Program-made: the position numbers and the translations under genes
From: a virus
IMG/VR virus record: IMGVR_UViG_3300019487_000024
Coordinates: 36,410 to 100,409 of that record
Strand: one strand, 5' to 3'
Length of the DNA: 64,000 nucleotides
The notes under the pieces: model-generated
Told to the model about the DNA's origin: nothing
Database searches by the model: none
What the model saw: the letters and a program-made list of their open reading frames with translations, nothing else
Shown: positions 54,908 to 63,552 of the stretch, piece by piece
How the letters are laid out: every line of letters starts with the position of its first letter
Numbering within the stretch: position 1 is the stretch's first letter

Positions 54908-55885
54908 ATGAGTGACTACAAAAACCATATCGCCCGTGAACTCGGAGTGAAGATTAAAGTCAAAATCTCCGAAGACGTTGACCCCGACGAATTGGGGCGG
55001 GGAATTGAAGATGAACGTTCACAAACGGGCGACGACGATGAACTTGCCAAGAAGATTGCACAGAGCCATCTGAAAGATGATGATAAGTTCTACAGCCGTC
55101 TTAGTAGCCAGTCAGTCTCGCCAAGTCCTCGTGATCGTGTCCTTTCACCAACCGCAGTTATGCCACAAGTATTGGCTGTCGCAGTTCGTGGAAGTAATAC
55201 TGGTGGTCTTCCATCTGGAAATAACATGAGCCGAGGCAAGCTTGGCGGCTATGAACCAATTCCAACAGCAAAACAGAATTCGTTGGTGGTTGACAAGACT
55301 CCTGAAAGTAATGTGATTGAAAATCCGGCACCTATTGCCACTGATGGAGGGGTTGAAACTACTCCGGGTGAGGAACATCCTCATCAAACCCAAAACGATG
55401 CCGACCAACCTCCACAAGCCGTTACTGGTGCATCAACAGATGACACTGACAGTTCTATGTTAAAGGCAGCATTGCCTCAAGGAATTGATGTTGATGTTGC
55501 GGAAGATTGTAGTTGTGAACATGAAGAGGAACCGAAAGAAGATCACGCTGCCGCCATGAATGAAATTAAGGGTATTCCGACTAATCGCCTCTATGCTGTG
55601 CGTAAGTCTCTCCAAGAGAAGGCACAAAAGGGCACCATGACCAAAAAGGAAAGTGAAGTTTTCAGTTGCATTACTGAAGTTCTTCAGAAACGTGGTCTTG
55701 GTCTTGAACAAAAGATGTTCGGAAAAAAGACGATGTTGGAAACTGCCGGTGTTTCTTCAAAAGAAAAAATGGATGACAAATTGGCTAAGTTGAAGGATAA
55801 AAAGGACGACGAAAAAGCAAGGCGAGATCATAAGTCAGTTATGAAGAAGCTTGAGGCTGACGTTCGCCGTGATGATTTAGCATAA
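54908..55885 (+). CDS. Hypothetical virion-like protein with a DUF5661-like motif
   Basis: DELGRGIEDE...LAKKIAQSHLKDDDKFYSRL; low-complexity linker. ATG 54908 follows TATTTAT at 54891. Confidence 0.75.
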   Translation: MSDYKNHIARELGVKIKVKISEDVDPDELGRGIEDERSQTGDDDELAKKIAQSHLKDDDKFYSRLSSQSVSPSPRDRVLSPTAVMPQVLAVAVRGSNTGGLPSGNNMSRGKLGGYEPIPTAKQNSLVVDKTPESNVIENPAPIATDGGVETTPGEEHPHQTQNDADQPPQAVTGASTDDTDSSMLKAALPQGIDVDVAEDCSCEHEEEPKEDHAAAMNEIKGIPTNRLYAVRKSLQEKAQKGTMTKKESEVFSCITEVLQKRGLGLEQKMFGKKTMLETAGVSSKEKMDDKLAKLKDKKDDEKARRDHKSVMKKLEADVRRDDLA

Positions 55886-55893
55886 CTGTTGTT

Positions 55894-56622
55894 ATGGACC
55901 TTTCGAATGAAAAAGATAAACCGATTTTTATGGTTCGTAAAGACGATCTTAGGGTCCGTCTTGCTTCTCTTTATTCATATCTTGCTTCTAAACTTCAGAT
56001 TCGGGAAGTTCCTAAAGTTGTTCTAACCAAGAACAAACAGAACTCGGAAAATCCATTCGGATTGACGGGATACTACGACCCCGATTCAAAGACAATTCGT
56101 CTTTATGTCACCGACCGACATGACACGGATATTCTTCGTTCGTTTGCCCATGAAGTGATTCATCACTGGCAAAATGAGAATGGAACTCTCCATGCAAATG
56201 GAAACGAGCCAGAAACCAAGGCTCATTACGCACAGAATGATGAAAATCTTCGCAAGCGTGAAATGGAAGCATATCTCTTCGGCAACATTCTATTTCGAGA
56301 CTGGCAAGATGAAAATCGCTATGGTCCGCCAGAAAAGCAACCATTGATGCCTCAGCCTATCAATGAAAATCTTCGCATTGTTCATTCCAACAAAGTCAAA
56401 GAAGCTTTGAAAGCTTTGCTATATGACTTGGTGAAGAGTGGCACAATCATTTCATACAACCGCCCACTGAGTTCCGGTCCTATGAATCCAAATGACTTCG
56501 TAGAAGACTTGGCAAACAAACTTACAAGCTCTTTGAATGATGTGGTTCAGACTATCAACAATCGTGGTAATTGGGAAAATCAGAGCGACATGATTAAAGA
56601 AGAGGACATCGCCCATGAGTGA
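55894..56622 (+). CDS. HExxH zinc-metallopeptidase-like protein
   Basis: TGYYDP...IRLY...DILRSFAHEVIHHWQ...REMEAY. Confidence 0.7.
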   Translation: MDLSNEKDKPIFMVRKDDLRVRLASLYSYLASKLQIREVPKVVLTKNKQNSENPFGLTGYYDPDSKTIRLYVTDRHDTDILRSFAHEVIHHWQNENGTLHANGNEPETKAHYAQNDENLRKREMEAYLFGNILFRDWQDENRYGPPEKQPLMPQPINENLRIVHSNKVKEALKALLYDLVKSGTIISYNRPLSSGPMNPNDFVEDLANKLTSSLNDVVQTINNRGNWENQSDMIKEEDIAHE

Positions 56623-57046
56623 AGAATTTCGTCAACTACCCGACATGGCGTCTATGTTAGCACAGAGGATTGCTATGAAGAAAGCCGATGGAAATGGTGC
56701 AACTCCTGCTCCCGGCACCTTTGATCCATATCAAGCCATGTTGAAAAAGAAAAGCGGAGAGACACAACCAGTTGATCCATCTACTGTTCAAACTTGGCCG
56801 GAAGAAGATATTAAGAAACTTCAGGAGTATTGCCAAAAGATGGGAATTGTTGGATTTAGCTCTGGTCGCATGAGTCCTATTGCGGCACTTGCGATGTTGA
56901 AACAGAAGTTTGGAGAAGATTTTTCTAACGTTCCTATTCAAGAGCGAGTTCCACAAGGATATGAGAAGATGGGCACCAAGTCCACCTACGGACCAAATTA
57001 TCCTTACGAAGAAGCCATGCGTAGGAAGCAGATTCTACACGGCTAA
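56615..57046 (+). CDS. Hypothetical protein
   Basis: 143-aa ORF overlapping the previous stop codon. Confidence 0.75.
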   Translation: MSEEFRQLPDMASMLAQRIAMKKADGNGATPAPGTFDPYQAMLKKKSGETQPVDPSTVQTWPEEDIKKLQEYCQKMGIVGFSSGRMSPIAALAMLKQKFGEDFSNVPIQERVPQGYEKMGTKSTYGPNYPYEEAMRRKQILHG

Positions 57047-57110
57047 TTTGGTTATAAATAAGCCTTTCCCTATCCCGCCGAATATTTATACGTACTAATA
57101 CTCTGTACGT

Positions 57111-58061
57111 ATGAAAAAAGGAATCATCGCCATCATCGCAGCACTTAGTATGGTCCTCTTACTGACCAGTTGTGCTGTTTTCACTCAAAAAGGTCGTGCA
57201 TCCAAGGCAGAAGAAGCTGGTCGTACTAAAATCAACAACGTTGATGCTCGAATCAACTCCAATCTCGCCGACAAGATGGACGCCATTGCCAGCCTTGCGT
57301 ACGGAACCGATTACGCCCTCAGTAAAATCAACGAACCTACACGAGAAGTTCAGGTTGCTCGTGATATTAACAAACGTGTAGAGTCTTTGGCTGGCAGTCC
57401 GACGCTTGACCAGATGAAAGAGATGCAGGCGACCATTGATAAGCTTACTTCTATGCTCGCAACTGAGCGTGAAGAAGGTAAACAGAAACTTTCCGAAAAA
57501 GATCAAACGATCAGCAATCTTCAAAACGAAACCAAGGCTCTTGTTGTAGCCAAGGAAACCGAGATTCGCAAATATATGGCTGTAGCTCAAGAAGCAGCAG
57601 CCGCAGCCGATGCTTACAAAGTAGAACTTGATAAGATGAATCGTTGGTTTGGTTTGGGTGCAGTATTTTACGGCTTGAAGAAGTTCATCATCAGTTCTAT
57701 GTGGATTCTCGGAATCGGTGGTATTCTCTTCATTGTTCTCCGCATTGCTTCGGCAGGAAATCCTGCTTGTGCAGCAATCTTCAGTTTGTTCAGCACTATG
57801 GCAAGCTGGGTTATTCGTGCGGTTGAAACTCTCTTCCCGAAGGCAATCGCCTTTGCAGGACACACCGCAAATAACGTCCTCAACGCCTATAAGAGTACTT
57901 TGTGGAAAATCGTGGACAACATTCAAGTGGTTAAGGACCGTGCCGCCGCCCGTGGCGAGAAGCCTAACCTAGACGAAGTTCTGGATGAAGTTGCCAAGTC
58001 AATGAACTCAGACGAAAAGGCTATCGTTGAGGAAATTAAGAAGGCACTTCACTGGAAGTAA
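57111..58061 (+). CDS. Lipoprotein with a coiled coil and C-terminal TM segments (u-spanin-like topology)
   Basis: MKKGIIAIIAALSMVLLLTS-C lipobox, about 150-aa coiled coil, hydrophobic segments near residues 180-235. Confidence 0.6.
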   Translation: MKKGIIAIIAALSMVLLLTSCAVFTQKGRASKAEEAGRTKINNVDARINSNLADKMDAIASLAYGTDYALSKINEPTREVQVARDINKRVESLAGSPTLDQMKEMQATIDKLTSMLATEREEGKQKLSEKDQTISNLQNETKALVVAKETEIRKYMAVAQEAAAAADAYKVELDKMNRWFGLGAVFYGLKKFIISSMWILGIGGILFIVLRIASAGNPACAAIFSLFSTMASWVIRAVETLFPKAIAFAGHTANNVLNAYKSTLWKIVDNIQVVKDRAAARGEKPNLDEVLDEVAKSMNSDEKAIVEEIKKALHWK

Positions 58062-58078
58062 CCCATATTTATACAGAT

Positions 58079-58831
58079 ATGCAAAACATCAAGAAATCAC
58101 AACTTTTGGAAATCATCCGTGCAGTCGTTCGTGAAACCATCAAAGAACGCAAGGACAAGTGGATTCAGAAGGCGGTGGACCCAAAACATAAGGGTTATTG
58201 CACTCCAATGACAAAAGATACTTGCACTCCTCGCCGCAAAGCTCTCGCTCAGAGATTCAAGAGGGGGGATTTGTCTGAGGCCGGATTAACCAGTGAAGAC
58301 GGGGAACAATCTACTCCGCTATCAAATATCCGAACCATGTTGAAAAACATCCAAGCCAATCTTTACAGTGAAGAGGCAGTTAAAAAGTTTACACATGAGC
58401 AAGCAATATATGTCTTGTTGAAAATAAAAAAGATTATTGATGTATTGGCAGATGAAAGTATGAAAGAATCTGCCCATAAGGTCGTATCTCCAAACCAAAC
58501 CGACACCGCCAAGGAAGACAAGGCTCGTACGATTCAGACAGACCCAACGGTCAATGAGGCTTCGTACAAAGTTGTGGCACCACACGCCTATGAAGTCCAA
58601 ATGGACAACAAGGCACTGACTATTCAAACCGAACCAGAAATCAATGAGGCTTCTTATAAAGTTGTCGCTGCTCGACAGGCACGAGTTCAAAAAGATGACC
58701 ACGCCCGCAAAGTTCAGTCCGACCCCAAAGTGACCGAAAATCACAAGGTTCAGGCTCGCTCTGCAAAGACGGTTCAGGACTTGGACAATGACCCAAAGAA
58801 CGTCCGAGACCCCGAAGTTCCGCAAGCGTAA
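58079..58831 (+). CDS. Modular repeat protein, probable internal head polyprotein
   Basis: N-terminal LLEIIRAVVRETIKE; four 30-aa units (residues 131-250); TATTTAT motif 6 nt upstream. Confidence 0.75.
   Translation: MQNIKKSQLLEIIRAVVRETIKERKDKWIQKAVDPKHKGYCTPMTKDTCTPRRKALAQRFKRGDLSEAGLTSEDGEQSTPLSNIRTMLKNIQANLYSEEAVKKFTHEQAIYVLLKIKKIIDVLADESMKESAHKVVSPNQTDTAKEDKARTIQTDPTVNEASYKVVAPHAYEVQMDNKALTIQTEPEINEASYKVVAARQARVQKDDHARKVQSDPKVTENHKVQARSAKTVQDLDNDPKNVRDPEVPQA
58469..58828 (+). repeat. Four degenerate 90-bp (30-aa) tandem coding repeats
   Basis: TCAATGAGGCTTC at 58551 and 58641; units begin SAHKVV / ASYKVV / ASYKVV / NHKVQ. Confidence 0.85.
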
Positions 58832-58855
58832 GTTATAATTACTCGATAAAATAAG

Positions 58856-58884
58856 TTGCATTTTCATTGAATTTGTCTCATAAT
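58856..58884 (+). promoter_or_regulatory. Sigma70-type promoter
   Basis: TTGCAT-17bp-CATAAT. Confidence 0.6.
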
Positions 58885-58945
58885 GCTTGACGTGATAGAG
58901 TGTTATGAGTCGAAGCGACAAAACACATACACAAGAAGGAAACCT

Positions 58946-59254
58946 ATGCAATACTACGTTGTAGATACAACCCTGAATCCGCCACAAGAAAAGCGATTCA
59001 CTGAATATGGACATGTTGTTCAATACCTTGAACAAATGTCTGTCAGAGCATTTGGTCAATCTCGTAAACAGAGAATGATCATGCTTGAAGAGATTGGTCA
59101 CGGACACGATGACTCAAGCTCTGTTAATTTCGTTCGTTCAATGGCTGAAAAATTCAATATGGGAGTTCTCCGTGATGGAGTATTCCGTAATGAAAGGATG
59201 CGATGTGACATTACGTCTGTCGCCCTCTTCCAACGGGAAGAATTCGGTAGTTGA
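58946..59254 (+). CDS. Hypothetical protein
   Basis: AAGGA RBS before ATG 58946. Confidence 0.7.
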   Translation: MQYYVVDTTLNPPQEKRFTEYGHVVQYLEQMSVRAFGQSRKQRMIMLEEIGHGHDDSSSVNFVRSMAEKFNMGVLRDGVFRNERMRCDITSVALFQREEFGS

Positions 59255-59270
59255 AAAGACGAAAAGAGTT

Positions 59271-61934
59271 ATGTTGAATATCCGGTGGAGTTCACCCTAT
59301 GTCGTAAAAGACGGTGCCAAATCTAAATGGCGTCGGGAGTGGTCCATTCCCCCGGAAATGGCTAATGGCTTCTTTGTCTTCTGGAAAAAGAACCGATTCA
59401 AACTTCTAGCCGATGGCTTCTCCGTAAGTAAGAGTGAACGCACGGGTAAATGGTATCTATTTGAAACCAAAGACCACGCTGCTTTATTCAAGAATTTCTC
59501 CGACGCTCCCCCGGCGAATGCACCCGAAGACAACTTCGTTCTTCCCGAATACACCATCCAAGACTCAAGTGGTCTGCGTCTGTGGCAAGTTGATGCGGCG
59601 GGCAAGTTGGTTTCTGCTATCCGCTCATGGAACGCTGCTATTGATGGCTCTGACACGGGCACTGGAAAATGTCTAATTGCGGGAACACCTGTTAAACTGT
59701 ATGATGGTCGGACAAAAAATGTAGAGGATATTGTAGTTGGCGATTGTTTGATGGGAGATGATTCAACTCATAGAGAAGTCTTATCCTTAGCAAGAGGACA
59801 AGATATATTGTATAAAATTAAACCAACACAATATGGTGAAGAATGGGGATGTAATTCCGAGCATATTTTGGTATTGTACAACACTCGAATAAAAGAACTT
59901 GGAGAATTTACAGTAAAAGAATATCTCAAAAAAGCAGAAAAATCAACTCGTTTCAAAAATGAATGGAAATTGATCCGTACTGCGGTCGAATATCCATCTT
60001 ATCATGTAAACGTGTCTCCATATTTAATGGGATTGTGGATTGGTGATGGAACTTGGAATTCATTGTCAATTACTGCGTCTCGATATGAAAAGGAGATTAT
60101 TGATTTTCTATACTCATATGCTAAAGAACATAACGCCCGAATTGCCGAGAGTAAACTGCGGGATGGTTCCAATTCGATTACATTTTATATTCGTGGGTTA
60201 ACTCATGGAAAAAATGAACAATGGGATTTTTTCAAACATTATCAACTTGGTAATTCAAGAGAAAAGTTTATTCCAAAAGCATATTTACTTAATGACCGTT
60301 CTACTCGACTTTTATTATTGGCTGGTATCATAGATTCTGATGGATCATGGGGTAGTAATGGTTGTTATGAAGTAACAACCAAATGGAACAGGTTGAAAAC
60401 AGATATTGTTGAATTATGTCGCTCTTTAGGATATGGTGTTTCTTATGTTCAACGAGAAATTTTGAAAGAAGATAATAATTTTGGGTTTGAAGGAAAATAC
60501 TGGAGAATTTATATTTCTGGTGCTCATGATATTCCATGTAAACTTGAACGTAAGAAATCAACCCCACGCAAACAACCTAAATCGGTGTTAGTTTCGTCAT
60601 TCTCCGTCGAACGAATTGGGTACGGAAATTATTATGGATTTGAAATTTCGGGAAATCGCCGGTTTTTGTTGGGAGATTTCACAATCACGCATAATACTTA
60701 TACCGCATGTGCAGTAGCAAGGGATTTGGGATACAACATTGTGGTCGTATGTCCAAAAGCAGTCATAAAGTCATGGAATAAAGTCATTCGCAAGCATTTC
60801 AAGATGGGTGACAAATGCTTGGGCATCATTAACTATGAAAAGCTCAAGACAGGTAAGAAGGATAATGCTATTGCATCTTATGTCCTAAGCCGATCCTCCA
60901 AACGAAACGTATTTACGTGGAAACTTCCCAAGAAGACATTGATTGTTTGGGATGAATCTCAAAAACTCAAGAACTACAAGACAAAGAATGCCAAGATGTG
61001 CGTCCAAGCCATCAAAGAAGGCTATCCAATGCTGTTCTGCTCGGCAACCAATGCAACCAATCCGCTTGAAATGCGTGCAGTTGGTCAAGCATTGAAGATG
61101 TTCAAGGGGAGTGCCAAGTCCTACTACGATTGGGCAAGAGCACATGGAGCATATGATGGAACGTGGGGATTGGAGTTTAACAATGATCCCGCCGTTCTCA
61201 AAAAGCTTCACAAAGACATCTTTGAAAAGCGTGGCATTCGTCTTCGCCGTGATACTATTCCAAACTTTCCCGCCAGTGAAATCATCTCTGAAGTGTACAA
61301 CATGGATGAAGAGGATGCAAAACGCATCAATGAAATCCATGAAGAGATGGAAGCCGAGTTGAAGCGTCTTGAGAAAATCAAGAAAGGCGACGGGCAGAGT
61401 GAATTGGTCATTCAACTGCGTGCTAGACAGCAAATTGAGCTTATCAAGGTTCCATTGTTTGTAGAAATGGTGGAAGACGCTCTTGAGCAAGGATTTTCAA
61501 TTGCGGTATTCATCAATTTCACAGATACTCTTATTGCTTTGGCTACCCGCCTCGGCACAAAATGCATTTTTGATGGTAAAACTCCCGACAAAGTTCGAGA
61601 CCAAAATGTAGAAGATTTTCAAGATGATAAGGAGAGGGTTATCCTTGTCAACGTTCAATCCGGGGGTGCCGGATTGAATTTACATGACCTAACCGGCAAA
61701 TTTCCTCGCATGTCTTTGATTTCTCCGACCTACTCACCAGTATTTATGAGACAGGCATTAGGAAGGATATGGAGGGATGACGCCAAAACCAAGAGCATTC
61801 AGAAAATTGTCTGTGTTGCCAACACAGTAGAAGAGAACGTATGTAGAAACGTACAATTGAAACTAGACAATCTTGATATGCTTAATGACGGAGACCTCAC
61901 CTATGCGAAAAACTATGAAATCATCAGCGATTAA
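59271..61934 (+). CDS. SNF2-family (SF2) helicase containing an intein
   Basis: LRLWQ, DTGTGK|T Walker A split by the intein, VVCPKAV, INYE, WDESQ, SATNATN, GGAGLNL, QALGRIWR. Start probably ATG 59271. Confidence 0.92.
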   Translation: MLNIRWSSPYVVKDGAKSKWRREWSIPPEMANGFFVFWKKNRFKLLADGFSVSKSERTGKWYLFETKDHAALFKNFSDAPPANAPEDNFVLPEYTIQDSSGLRLWQVDAAGKLVSAIRSWNAAIDGSDTGTGKCLIAGTPVKLYDGRTKNVEDIVVGDCLMGDDSTHREVLSLARGQDILYKIKPTQYGEEWGCNSEHILVLYNTRIKELGEFTVKEYLKKAEKSTRFKNEWKLIRTAVEYPSYHVNVSPYLMGLWIGDGTWNSLSITASRYEKEIIDFLYSYAKEHNARIAESKLRDGSNSITFYIRGLTHGKNEQWDFFKHYQLGNSREKFIPKAYLLNDRSTRLLLLAGIIDSDGSWGSNGCYEVTTKWNRLKTDIVELCRSLGYGVSYVQREILKEDNNFGFEGKYWRIYISGAHDIPCKLERKKSTPRKQPKSVLVSSFSVERIGYGNYYGFEISGNRRFLLGDFTITHNTYTACAVARDLGYNIVVVCPKAVIKSWNKVIRKHFKMGDKCLGIINYEKLKTGKKDNAIASYVLSRSSKRNVFTWKLPKKTLIVWDESQKLKNYKTKNAKMCVQAIKEGYPMLFCSATNATNPLEMRAVGQALKMFKGSAKSYYDWARAHGAYDGTWGLEFNNDPAVLKKLHKDIFEKRGIRLRRDTIPNFPASEIISEVYNMDEEDAKRINEIHEEMEAELKRLEKIKKGDGQSELVIQLRARQQIELIKVPLFVEMVEDALEQGFSIAVFINFTDTLIALATRLGTKCIFDGKTPDKVRDQNVEDFQDDKERVILVNVQSGGAGLNLHDLTGKFPRMSLISPTYSPVFMRQALGRIWRDDAKTKSIQKIVCVANTVEENVCRNVQLKLDNLDMLNDGDLTYAKNYEIISD
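59670..60695 (+). mobile_element. Intein with a LAGLIDADG homing endonuclease (342 aa)
   Basis: Begins CLIAGTPV, block B CNSEH, LAGLIDADG motifs YLMGLWIGDG and LLAGIIDSDG, ends YYGFEI...ITHN followed by Thr. AT-rich. Confidence 0.95.
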
Positions 61935-62253
61935 AACAGTTGTTGTATCTTTAACCGCCGATAACGTATCTGAGTTCGAGATTAACACAGATGTTTTCGA
62001 TGATCCATTCTTGGAAGCGGCGACACGAGCGGTAGAAAAGTGTCGCAAACTAAAAGGAGCTATTGTTCGTCCCATTACTACTTGCTGGGAAAAGAAAACT
62101 CCAAAGAAGGTTCAGATGTATAACTCATACTGGATTCTTGTGAACGCTGGTTGCTATGCAAAGGCAGAGCAACTCAGAGAAAAAATCAAGATGCAGCATG
62201 ACGTGGACCTCAAAAATGAACCGTTACATGGCAGAGACGTTGGATCAAAATAA
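61915..62253 (+). CDS. Hypothetical protein
   Basis: ORF overlapping the helicase end; YNSYWILVNAG. Confidence 0.7.
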   Translation: MKSSAIKTVVVSLTADNVSEFEINTDVFDDPFLEAATRAVEKCRKLKGAIVRPITTCWEKKTPKKVQMYNSYWILVNAGCYAKAEQLREKIKMQHDVDLKNEPLHGRDVGSK

Positions 62254-62995
62254 TGCTTCGCCAAGCGGTTCCTGCGAAGCACCGAAAAGCCTTGACTATT
62301 CGACCCAAGGCGACGATAGACATATCGCCATCCTCTATCGCACGGTAGAACAACTTCAACAAAAAGTTAATGAGCTTGAGACCAAGAAGATTCTTGATGA
62401 AACTCAACTCCCACCCGAACTTCTTGAGCAGAACGGTCTTCTCCCCCATCAACCAAAGAAACTGAAGCGTGGTCGTGGCTTCCGTCCTTTGCTAATGAGC
62501 GAGATAGAAGACGCCAAGAAACAATCTCCATTCGCCGCAGCACAAGCCCGTTGGTTAGGTGTCCATATCAGCACTTACAAAAAGTATGCAAGGCTGTATG
62601 GCATTTATGAACCAAAGCCCAATGAAAAGGGCAAGCGGAACATGTTTGACCCTCAACGTGGAAAGTATCCTCTCACCGAAATTCTTGAAGGAAAACACCC
62701 TAATGTTTCCGACTGGATGGTTAAGGACAAACTCATTCGTAGCGGCACTTTTCCACCAAAATGCAATATGTGCGGCTACGACAAACGACGAATCGTGGAC
62801 CACAAAATTTGTTTATTGGTGGATCACAAAGACGGAGACAAAACGAATTTCAAGTTGGATAATTTGCAGTTGCTATGCTTGAACTGCACATTTGAATGTG
62901 GACGTGGATACATACGTAGAGGCAATCATATGTTTGACCCTGATTGGATGCAGGGAGCACAGACAGATGAAATTGATAAACAGAATCGGTGGTGA
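62228..62995 (+). CDS. HTH + HNH endonuclease-domain protein
   Basis: QARWLGVHISTYKKYA (HTH); CNMCG...LLVDHKDGDKTNFKLDNLQLLCLNC. Base composition is genome-like. Confidence 0.8.
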   Translation: MAETLDQNNASPSGSCEAPKSLDYSTQGDDRHIAILYRTVEQLQQKVNELETKKILDETQLPPELLEQNGLLPHQPKKLKRGRGFRPLLMSEIEDAKKQSPFAAAQARWLGVHISTYKKYARLYGIYEPKPNEKGKRNMFDPQRGKYPLTEILEGKHPNVSDWMVKDKLIRSGTFPPKCNMCGYDKRRIVDHKICLLVDHKDGDKTNFKLDNLQLLCLNCTFECGRGYIRRGNHMFDPDWMQGAQTDEIDKQNRW

Positions 62996-63019
62996 TATTT
63001 ATTACTGGAGAGTCTGACT

Positions 63020-63484
63020 ATGACAAAACCAATTCATATTCTAAATCAACTTGGCGTCCTAGCTTCATTTTCAGTAGCGAAGAAAATCACGGAAGAGGAC
63101 ATCCAAAAGTATTTCAACAAACAGAAAAAGACTGGCAAGTCTGAAAAACAAATTGGTGACATGCTTCATGCGAAAATTTTGAATGACATTCAGGACGCCC
63201 TGATCAAAAATGAAATACCGGGGCTAATAGGTTCTCAGGAAATTGCCAAACAGTTAGGTTTGGACCAATCGGTTGTTGATAAAGTACCAGAACTGAATCG
63301 GTTGGTTATGCTATTGGCTCATAAACTGGCTGAGAAGAAATATGACAAAATGTCCCTCTGTTACTTCATCAATTCTCTCGTCAACGGTCTCGGACTCACA
63401 GAGCGAGACTTCGAGAAGTTTCACAGAAACAACCGAGAAGACGAAGACGAAGACCGATTCAACGACAGCGACAGCGACGAATGA
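63020..63484 (+). CDS. Hypothetical protein
   Basis: 154 aa, GGAG RBS, TATTTAT motif at 62996. Confidence 0.75.
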   Translation: MTKPIHILNQLGVLASFSVAKKITEEDIQKYFNKQKKTGKSEKQIGDMLHAKILNDIQDALIKNEIPGLIGSQEIAKQLGLDQSVVDKVPELNRLVMLLAHKLAEKKYDKMSLCYFINSLVNGLGLTERDFEKFHRNNREDEDEDRFNDSDSDE

Positions 63485-63552
63485 AAACTGGTGGGAATCC
63501 AACGTGAAATATAAATATGTCTTTATCTCACCACGGAGATATTTATCATTGT

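Noticed and set aside
59085-59270. N-terminal extension of the helicase ORF as given in the track
   Set aside because: It overlaps the 58946..59254 gene; ATG 59271 is the more plausible start. Similar upstream extensions were trimmed for several other genes.
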